Positions 19,525-30,834 of a stretch of 64,000 nucleotides of DNA are shown here, piece by piece. Each line of letters begins with the position of its first letter. The stretch's first letter is position 1. The notes beneath the pieces are model-generated. The model saw only the letters and a list, made by a program, of their open reading frames with translations, was not told where the DNA came from and ran no database searches. Source of the DNA: Saccharolobus solfataricus P2 (lineage in GTDB: Archaea; Thermoproteota; Thermoprotei_A; Sulfolobales; Sulfolobaceae); assembly GCF_000007005.1 (NCBI RefSeq), contig NC_002754.1, one strand, 5' to 3'. A program made the translations under genes and the position numbers.

Positions 19525-20574
19525 ATGAAGATCTTTTTCCTCACCAGTCGTCTTAAAGAAAGAGACGGGGCCAGTAGGGCTATAATAAATTTTTCTAAAG
19601 GAATAAAACAAATAAGTCGATATGAACCAGTAATTATTTCATTATCTACCTCAATAGGCGTAAACAAACTTGGAAACATAGAAATAATTAATATCGATAA
19701 AGGTTTAGGGCTGCTTTCAAGCTTTAGAATTCTTTTAGGCTCTCCGTCCCCTCTAAAGCCCTTTAAAAAATATCTTCATGATGATGGAATATACATAGTC
19801 GCTGTTGAAGACATAATTCCCGTTTCAGAATTTAAAGACGACTTAATCTATTGGAGTCAAGGAGTGTTAACTAGTGTATTTTTCTGGGAACCGTTTATTA
19901 GAAGGAATAAGCTAGTTTCAGCATTAGCGTCTCCATTTCTCCTATATAATGCGATAAAATTCTCGAATTTCGTTAAGAAATATAAGGTTGTATTAGCGAA
20001 TAGTAAAACCTCAGCCGTCTATGTTTCTTTACTTTACAACAGACCCCCTAAGGCAGTAGTTTACCCGCCCTTAAATACAGATTTCTTTAAACCTTCTAAG
20101 AATAAAGAGAAGTTCGTGTTAGTGTTTCTAAAAAGAGGATATCCTTCTCACGTAGATCTGCTAACTAAAATCGCGGAAAAAGTAAAGATGAAGAGCATAG
20201 GGTATAAGATACCTAACGCCGAGTATTTAGAGAGAGTTTCTGATGAGGAATTAAGGGATCTCTACTCTTCAGCATTGGTTACATTGTACCCTATTGACTT
20301 CGAGTATTATGGTTATATACCGGTTGAGTCTATGGCCGCTGGGACACCAGTAATTGCTTTTAGGTATTCTGGGGGACCAGCTGAGACTATAGTAGATGGG
20401 GAAACAGGTTGGTTAGCATCAGATGAAGAGGAGTTTTATAGACTAACAATAAAAGTTTATAACGAAGGTTACCCAGAAGATACTAGTGTGAAAAGCAGAA
20501 AAAGAGCTGAAGAGTTTTCTATACAAAATCAGACTAAACTGCTGTTATCTATTATTGAGAAACTAAAAGCATGA
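19525..20574 (+). CDS. GT4 glycosyltransferase
   Basis: EYYGYIPVESMAAGTPVIAF...AETIVDGETG. Confidence 0.9.
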   Translation: MKIFFLTSRLKERDGASRAIINFSKGIKQISRYEPVIISLSTSIGVNKLGNIEIINIDKGLGLLSSFRILLGSPSPLKPFKKYLHDDGIYIVAVEDIIPVSEFKDDLIYWSQGVLTSVFFWEPFIRRNKLVSALASPFLLYNAIKFSNFVKKYKVVLANSKTSAVYVSLLYNRPPKAVVYPPLNTDFFKPSKNKEKFVLVFLKRGYPSHVDLLTKIAEKVKMKSIGYKIPNAEYLERVSDEELRDLYSSALVTLYPIDFEYYGYIPVESMAAGTPVIAFRYSGGPAETIVDGETGWLASDEEEFYRLTIKVYNEGYPEDTSVKSRKRAEEFSIQNQTKLLLSIIEKLKA

Positions 20575-21540
20575 TTATATAGAGAGCATTGAGTTACTCC
20601 GAACTTTTTTTAGATAGAGACTTCTGCTTTTCTCCGCTGAGAACACTGATAATAAGGAAAGTCCTTGTAGGAAGAAATTCCACTTATTAGGGTATTTTAG
20701 GGAATATCTTAACATCTTTACCATGCTAATTAAAGCGTCTCTTTTACTAATTTCTTTTTTAGAAATAATCTTATATAAGAAATCATGCTGAATAATAGAC
20801 ATTTCAATAAAATCTCTCAGGGCTTTGCTACTAAATATTTGCTTAAAATACAATGCGTCTTCGTATAGCATCTTAAACAATTTGTCATTTACCTCTGTAT
20901 TACTATTTTGGCTCATAATAATCCTGTAATAAGTCAACTTTCTAAAATCTATCATTATAGGTAGGTTATTTTCTACGGCACAAAATAATAGAAATGTATC
21001 GACAGATATATTAACATTTTTCAATAAGTCAACGCATCTCATCGCCAAGTCTCTACTAATTACTATAGAACTACCGTTAAACCCTGCTTTAAACTTGTAT
21101 AAAAGTTCCTTCAGCCTTCGAGTGTCAATACTAGTATAATACATAAATCTTTGATTATCCGTAGATAAATTAGAACCAGTTAACTTGTTATGAATTACCT
21201 CTTGAGCGTTATGATAAAACCCTATATCATATTTACTGAATTTATAGATAACTTCCCTAATTTTATCTTTACTAAATAAATCATCATCATCCAAAAAGAA
21301 CAATATATCGCCAGAACTCTGATATATGCCTAATGAAATCTTTCCGCCCAATGTTTCATCATCAGTATAAATATTCTTAACATGATAAGTTTCTAAAAAC
21401 GAGTCAATCTGATAGTCCTTGAAATTCTTCACTACTATAATCTCTGTTGGTTTCAATGAATTTTCCATGACAGACTCAATAGCGTCCTTTATAAACGCCT
21501 TCCTCCTATGCGCTGTAACGATTACTGTTGATCTTAACAC
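20575..21540 (-). CDS. GT2 glycosyltransferase
   Basis: TVIVTAHRRKAFIKDAIESV and FFLDDDD. Confidence 0.9.
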   Translation of the reverse strand: MLRSTVIVTAHRRKAFIKDAIESVMENSLKPTEIIVVKNFKDYQIDSFLETYHVKNIYTDDETLGGKISLGIYQSSGDILFFLDDDDLFSKDKIREVIYKFSKYDIGFYHNAQEVIHNKLTGSNLSTDNQRFMYYTSIDTRRLKELLYKFKAGFNGSSIVISRDLAMRCVDLLKNVNISVDTFLLFCAVENNLPIMIDFRKLTYYRIIMSQNSNTEVNDKLFKMLYEDALYFKQIFSSKALRDFIEMSIIQHDFLYKIISKKEISKRDALISMVKMLRYSLKYPNKWNFFLQGLSLLSVFSAEKSRSLYLKKVRSNSMLSI

Positions 21541-21578
21541 AAAAACTATAATAGATATAACCTATTTAAACTTTCATA

Positions 21579-22502
21579 ATGGCTAACTATGCATCATTTA
21601 TAGAGGTACTAATAAGTAATTTCAATAGGTATCCATATACCCTTTTCCCTTTATATGCAAAAGCATACAAAAATCCATTAATTGTAGCCCTCAAATCATT
21701 ATTAAGACATTACCCATTTGTTGTTGAATTAAAAAACGGAGAAAAGGTTTTAGTGACCGGAAAAGGGTATAAGATCGCCTCTTATTATGCTTTTCTCTAT
21801 TTAGCTCGCAAAAAAGGTAAAAAAATAAATATAATAGACATAGATGAGAATACAATTAAAATAATTTATGATACTAATGAGATAATTTTGAAGGATTATA
21901 CTAAAGGTGATATCATTGGAGTTTACATTAAGGAAGAATATCAAGATGTAAACGTAAAAGATAAAACCGTCATTGATTGCGGAGCTGCGATAGGAGATTC
22001 TGCTATTTACTTCTCGTTAAAAGGAGCCAAAAGAGTTATTGCGATAGAAGCGTATCCAAAGATAGCTAAAATTGCAGAGGAAAACGTGAAACTCAATAAC
22101 TTTAAGAACATCCAGATTGTTAATGCCGCGTGCGGAACTGATGGTATTGTAACGGTGAATCCGAGGCTAGGCGGTGGACCAACACCACTGATGAGTTCAA
22201 ATAACGGTTATACTGTTCCGTCGTTCTCGTTGCAAGGCTTAATAAAAAATTTCCAAGTAGAGAAAGGAAGCGTGTTGAAGCTAGATTGTGAAGGATGTGA
22301 ATACGAATTCTTATTAAATGCTGATAGTTCCACATTAGAGTATTTTGACCAGATCATAATGGAGTACCATTATGGATATTCTCATCTGAAAAGAAAATTA
22401 GAGAAGGCCGGATTTAAAGTGAAGGTAACCAAACCAGAACTATGGAATAATCAATATAAAAAGGGTTTAATCCTAGGTAAATTATATGCTTCTAGAGAAT
22501 AA
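21579..22502 (+). CDS. FkbM-family methyltransferase
   Basis: VIDCGAAIGDS, AIEAYP, KLDCEGCE. Confidence 0.9.
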   Translation: MANYASFIEVLISNFNRYPYTLFPLYAKAYKNPLIVALKSLLRHYPFVVELKNGEKVLVTGKGYKIASYYAFLYLARKKGKKINIIDIDENTIKIIYDTNEIILKDYTKGDIIGVYIKEEYQDVNVKDKTVIDCGAAIGDSAIYFSLKGAKRVIAIEAYPKIAKIAEENVKLNNFKNIQIVNAACGTDGIVTVNPRLGGGPTPLMSSNNGYTVPSFSLQGLIKNFQVEKGSVLKLDCEGCEYEFLLNADSSTLEYFDQIIMEYHYGYSHLKRKLEKAGFKVKVTKPELWNNQYKKGLILGKLYASRE

Positions 22503-22510
22503 TTACATCA

Positions 22511-23734
22511 CTAAAATAACGACATTAAATCTCTATAATATCTTTCGACTACTAAATCCCAGTCAGTATGTTTTTCGATAAATTTATCCATTTTGTCATT
22601 AAAAATAAGGGAGTTGTACTCATCATCATTCATAGTTAAGATTTTTGTAACTTCGGTCGCCATAAGTTTTATATTATATTCCTCAACGAATTTTACCGCA
22701 CTTAATCCACTATATACAGATTTAGGCCCAGGTATGTCATAAGCCACCACTGGAGTTCCCACAGTTATTGATTCCAATATAGCTAAAGAAAAAGAATCTT
22801 CATGTGTAGGATATATCATGCATCTAGCTTCCGATACCATATTAAATAATTCTTCTCTACTAGTCAGATATCCTTTATATATTATGTTATCTTCTAATTG
22901 AAGTCTCTTAACAATTTCGAAAAAAATTGCTTTTAAGTTATCATCAGGAAACTTTCCCATGACTACTATCTTTAACTCCTTATATCCGCTCATTGTTATA
23001 ACTTCCTTAACTATAAATGGAAGCTCTAGAACTCCTTTTAGTGGAATTAGCCTAGCAAAAAACACTAGATAATCTTTTTTCTTTGACGCCTCCTTTCGCT
23101 TATTTAATAACTCTTTCTCAACAGCTAATGGGGATCTATAACTATTGCCTTTTTAGAATTGTTAAGCCCTAATGCTCTCAGTTGACCTCGTGAAACTCCA
23201 TAAATACGTGCTATGAGGTTAGAATATTTAATAAAATTGGAAATTAAGCTTTCTCTGACACCTTTATAAAATGTATATAAGCTTGTTCCTAGTACTAAGA
23301 AAGATATCTATAGGAAAGTTTTTCCTTATTTTCAAGTACTTAATTAGATTGTAAGGAATTCCAAGCCTAGATGCATGCAAACCCATACCTTGAAGCAACA
23401 AAGCGCTTCTGACTTTAAGTTTTCTAGAATAATAATAACTATGATCCAATAGAATATGATAATTGTTTATTTTAAAATTATTCTTAAAAAATTTAATTTG
23501 ATGATAATTAATAGGCCAATAGTTTAGGTCAAAAATCATTTTAATATTATCATTTTTTAACTCATTTAACATTTTATCAATATAACTCCAATCATTAATC
23601 TTGTATGCCACCTTAATATTATCGCCGAATTTGTTTAATAACCTCCTGCTAATTTGAGCTTCCACGTATGCTGAACCACCCTCTGGTTGCGGATCCATAA
23701 GAACTAAAATTTTTTGTGCTATAATCTGACACAC
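22511..23734 (-). pseudogene. GT4 glycosyltransferase broken by three +1 frameshifts
   Basis: N- and C-terminal ORFs are bridged by shifted frames YKGVRESL...VIDP and LAVEKELLNKAKGGVKEK; C-terminal HEDSFSLAILESITVGTPVVAY. Confidence 0.75.
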
Positions 23735-23740
23735 CCCTTT

Positions 23741-26023
23741 TCAATAGTTTTTAAAATATCTAAATATCTTAAATCTTTGTAACACATAGATTAAGACCAG
23801 AATAATGAAGCCCAGAAAGACCAATAAATACGTTATGTGCACGGTTTGTAATATACTCAGTTTTAATGTGGCTACGTAATTTCCAGCTGGCATTAACCAC
23901 GCATTTGCGTAACCATTAGCTATATAGTGATGGGTATTTATCTCACCGTTTATTGTAACTTCCCATAAGGGCGAATACCCCTCATCGAAGACTAAATAAA
24001 ATGGTCTTGAGGCATTGACTTGAATCTCGTATACCTCGTTACAGTAATCGTTAACCACTCTAATATGAACGCCAGAGATATTAGTTATATTAATCGCACC
24101 TAACCCGTAAATCACGCTCTGTTTCTGTGCTTTTAGCATATTATTCGCGTAAAGAAAGAACAACTGGTCACTACTTAGGTTTTCCGCAAGCCCCTCAGAT
24201 GGATATAATAGACTTACGTTTAAGTTTATCATATACACGTTGTAATAACTATTTTCCATTACTAACGTTATATTAGGGGTACGAGCTAAAGCCTCAATAA
24301 ATTTCGTGTAATTCCAAGGATATCCTCCAGCGTAACCCAGAGGAACGCCTGGGCCTGGATATTCTTGCTTGTTTAACACAATGTACTTCGCCCCTAATAA
24401 TACGAAATAGTTGGTTATGTTAGTTATGTTAAAAGCTGGAAAGTACTTATAAATGGGGTAAATCGCGCTGTTAGCAAGAGATTTTATAATCGCGTTGTTA
24501 GCAAGAGCAGGAGATTTTATAACTTGCCCCATAATGTAGTCTGACAAAGGATAAATTGTATACCATACAGCTTTTGTTCCGTTATTATCGTACATTCCCG
24601 CAGCATACTGCATTGGGAATTCAATTACATTATAAAATTCGTCGTGCACAGAAAGATAGTTTCCCACACTGACTAACTCAGGGGGTGGGTAGAAAATATT
24701 TGTAGCATTAACTGGCAAGTTAAATGCCCTAATTTCTGGGTGTACCTCGCCAGCTCTAAAAGAGTAAATATAAGACGAGGATAAAAGCAAAATGATTAAG
24801 ATGAAAAGAATCTTAATGTAATTTCTTCTTTTGCCTAGATATTCAAGGATATACAAGAGTGTATAACCTATTATTAGACTACTAACAAAGGAAACAGGAA
24901 AACCAGAAAAGATGTATTGTATACTGTACATTAAGCCTATAGCAATGAAACCTATGGGAGTAGAGTGTAAAGAATATAAGGGTAAAACATTTATGATTCC
25001 AGTAGACAATCCTCCTATTATTAATAATAGAAATAAAAGGGGAGCAAAGAATTTACCAGTTTTACCTTTTATAAAGAGTATCGTAGCGAAAATCAGTACA
25101 AATATTAATACCCCAATAATTTCATATTTTTCTGGCGAATATAAAGATATAAAAGAAGATAAAGGAAAGTTTTTGTATTGTGCCTCTGTTTCATATATAA
25201 CTATTGGCTTCCCTAGAAACTCACCGTGAACACCAACTTGATATGCTCCTATTGATGCATTATATGTCTGATAAAGCTGTTCTAATCCAGCTACGATGAC
25301 AATTAGAGCTATAACGAGGTTCTTTACGGTAAACTGTACAAAAGAAGGTTTACGTGAAAGTAACCATATTGGAACTACAGTAAATAAATAGAGCACTATA
25401 GACCAAAGTAGGTACGTAAATTCGGAAAATAGAGTCCCACTAGCCAGAATTAAATACAAAATTATTAAAGAGAATGAAATGACTTTTTCCTTGAAAATAT
25501 ACTTTATGCTAAAATATAGGACTAAAGGAAATAACATATAAAAAATAAAAAACGGGTAATTTACTCCTAATATAGGCGGCGTATAAGAATAAAATCCCCA
25601 TGAATATATAAATCCCCCTAATAGTCCAGCTATTAAGGTAAAATAGGAACTGTATCGCTTCTCAAGAATTTCAAATATAATATTTAAGAGTTTTACAAAA
25701 CCCACTTGAGATAGATAAATAAAGAGAAGTAAGTAAATAAACTCTGATAACTCTAAGGAAAAATGGAATATATTGTATAGTAGAAAAATAATAATTCCCA
25801 TGAATAATGAATCTTGAGAATAGAAAAGTGGAGCTCCAGGGAAAAAGGGATCGTTCCAATAATAAAATAAAATTTTCCTAAGTAATATTAATGGAGAAAA
25901 AGGATAATTAGAGTCTAACCAGTATATTATTCCATTATCAAGATATGTGTATAAAAGTATAATATCAAACATTAAAGGAGTTAAGTAGAGTAATAAATAT
26001 AAGGGTCTAATTTGCTTTAACAT
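23741..26023 (-). CDS. Multi-pass membrane protein, YfhO/GT-C-like glycosyltransferase
   Basis: About 11-13 TM segments, WLDSNYPF first loop, GAKYIVL, C-terminal LVFDEGYSPLW...ANGYANAW. Confidence 0.6.
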   Translation of the reverse strand: MLKQIRPLYLLLYLTPLMFDIILLYTYLDNGIIYWLDSNYPFSPLILLRKILFYYWNDPFFPGAPLFYSQDSLFMGIIIFLLYNIFHFSLELSEFIYLLLFIYLSQVGFVKLLNIIFEILEKRYSSYFTLIAGLLGGFIYSWGFYSYTPPILGVNYPFFIFYMLFPLVLYFSIKYIFKEKVISFSLIILYLILASGTLFSEFTYLLWSIVLYLFTVVPIWLLSRKPSFVQFTVKNLVIALIVIVAGLEQLYQTYNASIGAYQVGVHGEFLGKPIVIYETEAQYKNFPLSSFISLYSPEKYEIIGVLIFVLIFATILFIKGKTGKFFAPLLFLLLIIGGLSTGIINVLPLYSLHSTPIGFIAIGLMYSIQYIFSGFPVSFVSSLIIGYTLLYILEYLGKRRNYIKILFILIILLLSSSYIYSFRAGEVHPEIRAFNLPVNATNIFYPPPELVSVGNYLSVHDEFYNVIEFPMQYAAGMYDNNGTKAVWYTIYPLSDYIMGQVIKSPALANNAIIKSLANSAIYPIYKYFPAFNITNITNYFVLLGAKYIVLNKQEYPGPGVPLGYAGGYPWNYTKFIEALARTPNITLVMENSYYNVYMINLNVSLLYPSEGLAENLSSDQLFFLYANNMLKAQKQSVIYGLGAINITNISGVHIRVVNDYCNEVYEIQVNASRPFYLVFDEGYSPLWEVTINGEINTHHYIANGYANAWLMPAGNYVATLKLSILQTVHITYLLVFLGFIILVLIYVLQRFKIFRYFKNY

Positions 26024-26092
26024 TCTAACACTTTCTCGTTCTTTGTAATTTAAGTTTTATCGTATGGTTAATAACGATATCCATTAATCAAC

Positions 26093-27052
26093 TTAACCAA
26101 ACAGATTATTGTACATTTTAACTCTAAAATTATAAATCCTTCTTAGAATGATCTTCCTTAATGTGAATGGGAAATAGGAAGCGATTGCAAGGATAAAGTT
26201 TCTAAGTCTGTCTTCGGCGTATGGATTATTAATAACCTTAAGGATATCATAAAAATTCAATTTGCAGATATCATCTGATGGTTTCTTTTTAGTGTTTCTA
26301 AATAATTTGTGCAGTACTTTCAAGAACAAATAGTCATACCTCAAAAATTTCTCTATTTCTGAACCTTTACTTAATCTATAAATTATCTGCATATCTTCGC
26401 ATTGAATTCTAAACTTAGAAGAGTAATTGTTTATAAAATTATTAATTAGTTAAGTTTGAAGATGCAGAATATTTTTGTAATCTATATTTTCCTAGAACTA
26501 TGTGATCAAACAGCATATCATAGTTTGATAAAAATCCTATAACCAAATAAAATGAGTCAATAGCTAATTTGATTTGTTTCAAATAAGTATCATATTCCTC
26601 TAAAATTTCTCTTCTGATTGCCATGGAAGACACGGACACATAACCGCCTCTGTGTAAGTTAATAAATATTGTTTTCCAATATTTCGACTTTTCTTGATAA
26701 CAATTTTACCAGAATTATATAGGTTGTAAGGTAAATTTGCTTCCTTACCGTTTTCATTAATAATCTTAACTTTATGTCTATAAAAACCTAAATTTTGATT
26801 TTGCTTAAATATATCATATATTACCTTTAATTTGGTTCTTTCAAATAGATCATCATCCTCTAAGAAAACTACCACATCACCAGATGTTTCTTTTAGTGCT
26901 TCAGAAACCTTGGGCCCTATCCATCTATTTTTGGACTGAATAAATTTCCATTTATTACATAAATACCTAGAAATCTCAGCTTGATCAAAATTGGCTACGA
27001 TAGCCTTTGTATTAATCCTAGTAAAGAGTAAAGTTTTTAACCATCGTCTCAT
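26093..27052 (-). pseudogene. GT2 glycosyltransferase split into three fragments
   Basis: VVVFLEDDDLF and SSMAIRRE...DSFY motifs paralleling 20575-21540, distributed over three ORFs. Confidence 0.75.
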
Positions 27053-27066
27053 AACTAAATTACTTG

Positions 27067-27972
27067 ATGCAAGTAGAGTGCAAAGAAGATCTAGATGATC
27101 TCACACTAGTGATAATATTAATGATATAATAAAATTCTATTATTGCTTTAATGATGTCAATGAGTTAATTAAATGGTCTAGATCTAGACCTTCTGCTGAA
27201 ATAAACATCGTTGAAAAAGAAGGAGACTCAGAAATAGTATTTGTAGTCCCTACACCGAATGTCAAAGATAAGTTAACATCAAATTTATTGAAATCTATCA
27301 AAAGTTTCCATACAATCCTAGTGGAAAGTAAGGGGAGGTATTTTAACTATGCAAGGAGTGTTAATAAAGGTGTGGAAATATCATTAAAATATAATCCAAA
27401 TGGATAATTATTAGTAATATGATATAATTATCAGAGATAATATAAAACAGCTTGTATCAAAGCTACTAAATATTGATAATAAGAGATTTAATTCAATTAT
27501 AGGTGCTGGAGGCCCACATAAGTTTAAATTATGTAGATTCAATTTCTTGTCGAATTTACTACTTTTGTCAAAATATAGGTAAAAATTTACTATTTTAAAG
27601 AAATTTAATACAAAATTTTATATATATGAATATAAAGAATTTTTTAGCTTAATTTGTAGACCATTAATGAGCGTAGAGAATATCTCTTTCTTTGGAGAAT
27701 TTTTGATTATAAGTCCATATTATATTCTAAGAAATAATGGAATATTGTTCGATGAAACCTATATTAATGGAGTAGAAGATTTTGATTTATTTTTAAATAT
27801 ATTAAGCACGGGTTCTTATAAGTCTATACGCTTTAATATTGAGCATTTAGGTGGTAGATCACTAGGAACCGATGATAAAAGATTTCTAAGAAATTATATT
27901 AATATGATATATTTAAATTATAAAATTGTAAATAAAGTTATAAAAATTAAGAAGATTAATATAAAATTATGA
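27067..27972 (+). pseudogene. Degenerate GT2-like glycosyltransferase
   Basis: Fragments EIVFVVPTP, FNYARSVNKG and FDETYINGVEDFDL with frameshifts. Confidence 0.6.
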
Positions 27973-28061
27973 TTTTTATAACATAAATAGAAACCGCATT
28001 ATAAGCGAAATATTGACAAAAGATTTAAATATGAAAAATTGTAGAGATAACAAAGATATTA

Positions 28062-28967
28062 ATGGGAGTGTTTAGTAAATTAAGAAAATCTGTGGGGTTT
28101 ACACGATTATTATTACGATATGTTGACAATTGGTTTGACATTTTATACCTTACTATTGCTAATAAAAAATTGGCATTTTTAGAAGTTAAATTAAAAGACA
28201 ATAATAGAATATTTTTAAAAAATAGTATTTACGATTTATACGCTCTTCTTAGCTTATTAAAAAAAGGTTGGAAGGTTAAAGAAGCAGACGAGAATAATGC
28301 TATTTTATGCAAAGAAGTCTGTTTGAAAATTAGAACTAAAAAAGGTGCAGATATTGGACATATAGATGAAATATATGAGTGCAAGACCTATGGTGAGTCT
28401 TTTAAAGGAGTTGTAATAGATGTAGGAGCTTCCAATGCAGATTCGTCTATTTTCTTTGCAACTAACGGGGCAGAAAAAGTTATTGCGTTAGAACCTTTTC
28501 CTGAGTCTTATGAACTTGGAAAATATAATATAAAAATTAATAATTTAGATAATAAGGTAATTTTATTGCCTTATGCATTAACTAATTATGAGGGGTATGT
28601 AGATTTTATTATTTCTTCAGACAATCCTAATGTAAATACTGTTAGCCCTTCTACTCAAGTTATGGGATTATTAGGAATTAAATTTGACCAAAAGATTAAG
28701 GTGCCTACGACGACTCTTGCATCTTTAATTCAAAAATATAATATTGATAGAGTATACTTACTTAAGATGGATTGTGAAGGTTGCGAATACGCTATATTAA
28801 GGGATCTTCCTGCAGAAGTATTGAATAAAATAGAAAATATAATATTAGAGTTTCACGATTATCCGCAAGATCTTCCAGATATTTTAAGAAAAGCTGGGTT
28901 CAACGTTAATTACGAGAATAAACCTATAGGAATTTTAAAAGCATATAAAAACGATAAACTAGCGTAA
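28062..28967 (+). CDS. FkbM-family methyltransferase
   Basis: VIDVGASNADS, ALEPFP, KMDCEGCE. Confidence 0.9.
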   Translation: MGVFSKLRKSVGFTRLLLRYVDNWFDILYLTIANKKLAFLEVKLKDNNRIFLKNSIYDLYALLSLLKKGWKVKEADENNAILCKEVCLKIRTKKGADIGHIDEIYECKTYGESFKGVVIDVGASNADSSIFFATNGAEKVIALEPFPESYELGKYNIKINNLDNKVILLPYALTNYEGYVDFIISSDNPNVNTVSPSTQVMGLLGIKFDQKIKVPTTTLASLIQKYNIDRVYLLKMDCEGCEYAILRDLPAEVLNKIENIILEFHDYPQDLPDILRKAGFNVNYENKPIGILKAYKNDKLA

Positions 28968-29149
28968 TTTGACTAGATCTAGAATTACTAGATAATATTT
29001 AAATTTGTTAAAATATCTGTTTTTATATTTGAGTTGTGTATTTATTAAAAATTATGGATATTCTGTGATTATATGCATAATCACTACATCTAAGGTGTGA
29101 GAGCCTTTGTTATCTCATATCTTCTTAAAATAACTATTTATGTGTTACT

Positions 29150-29670
29150 ATAATTGCTCAGAGTGTGTCTAACAATTTTATTCACCTTGTTGTATAAAGT
29201 GAAGAAAGCCTTAATACACCTCATTATTAAAGCTTTGTGTGGGAAGTGTTTACCAATTTGCAAGCCTTAACTTCAAACTCCTAAACACATGTTCTACCAA
29301 GTTCACAGAATGTCTAATGTTTTAAGCCCAAAGCAAAGAGTGCATTATACCATGTCGTGAAGTATTTTACCAGTCAAGCTTAATCCCTCAAAGTCTAATC
29401 CTAGTCTAAGACCACAAATACCGTGATTAAATCCATCAAAACCCAATAAACTGAGTTATTAACTACCCTAATTCTCATCAACAGCATAGGGTAAGGGTAC
29501 TCGCCCAACTTCCTCCACAGTACTCCTACGCGAAGTGATACCTCGACCCTCCTCAACAAGCTGATAAAGCTCTTGTAACTTCATCCCTAGTACAAGGGGA
29601 AATGTTTAAAGCAAGGTGAGGCGTTCCAACTTGCTTCTCATATTTCCCCTTATATTACCACCTCACCATC
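29150..29670 (-). pseudogene. Degenerate IS6-family (ISC774-like) remnant
   Basis: Inverted homolog of 44522-45040; many stops. Confidence 0.6.
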
Positions 29671-29880
29671 CTACTAAAATTTTATACAAAAATTGTTGGA
29701 CACATTCAGATAAAGTATAATTCGCACAATCTGTGATATCGTCTCTTTAATGTCAAACGCATGAAATTAGTGCACAGAATGAGAGCATGTGAAACATATT
29801 GGCAGAATGAATAGAAAGCAAAGTTAAGGGAACCATCGTGAAGGCTAAAATTAACCTAGGTAATCTTATAAAAACTTTGT

Positions 29881-30834
29881 CTAAACTGTCAACCACGGCT
29901 CGTCTTCTACGAAGAACTTATCATTAATTAAAGGCTCCCACCACCATCTGTTATTCAAATACCATTCATAAGTCCTCCTCAGACCCTCCTTAAATGGCGT
30001 TACTTCATATTTCATACTTGTTGTCATACAATACCTTCTATCGTGGCCAGGTCTATCTGAGACAAACTTTATCTTAACCTCTTTACCGCTCACTTCCTCC
30101 AACATCTTCAAGATCTCGAGCACATTATACCTCTGCCCTCCCGGTATGTTATATACTTCCCCTTTCCACTCAGCTCTACTCACCACGTCGAAAATTATCC
30201 TAGCAGTGTCCTCTACAAATATCCAGTCTCTTTCAGCTTTCCCATCACCGTACACTGGAATGTGTATCCCTAGTAAAGTCCTAATTATAGCCTTAGGTAT
30301 TAACTTTTCAGGGAACTGCCTAGGACCGTAGTTATTAGATGGTCTAACTATAACCGCACTTATCCCATAAGTCCTTACGTAAGCCTTTACGAACAAGTCA
30401 GCTGACGCTTTAGACGCGCTATAAGGAGAAGAGGGTTTTAAAGGTGAGTTCTCATCCCCGCACTCCTCACCGTAAACCTCATCTGTAGAGATGTGGACGT
30501 ATTTGAAATTGAATTTCCGTGAAGCCTCAAGTAAGTTTACCGTACCTAGAACATTAGTAGTTACGAAATCTTGTGGTTTATAAATTGACCTATCTACGTG
30601 GGTCTCGGCTGCGAAATTTATGACGATGTCTGGAGAATACTCCTTAATTATATCATGCATTTTTTCGCTCCTAACGTCGGCTTGGACGAAATCGTAGTCT
30701 GTCCCAATGAGGTTTTCCTTCCTTCCAGCGTAGGTTAAGAGGTCTACTACGATGGGCTTTATACCCCTCTTGTTCAACTCCCTCACGAAAGCGGAGCCTA
30801 TGAACCCAGCACCACCAACTACTATGATTTTCAT
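29881..30834 (-). CDS. rmlB: dTDP-glucose 4,6-dehydratase
   Basis: GGAGFIG, AAETHVDRSI, STDEVYG, YSASK, NNYGPRQFPEKLIP. Confidence 0.95.
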   Translation of the reverse strand: MKIIVVGGAGFIGSAFVRELNKRGIKPIVVDLLTYAGRKENLIGTDYDFVQADVRSEKMHDIIKEYSPDIVINFAAETHVDRSIYKPQDFVTTNVLGTVNLLEASRKFNFKYVHISTDEVYGEECGDENSPLKPSSPYSASKASADLFVKAYVRTYGISAVIVRPSNNYGPRQFPEKLIPKAIIRTLLGIHIPVYGDGKAERDWIFVEDTARIIFDVVSRAEWKGEVYNIPGGQRYNVLEILKMLEEVSGKEVKIKFVSDRPGHDRRYCMTTSMKYEVTPFKEGLRRTYEWYLNNRWWWEPLINDKFFVEDEPWLTV

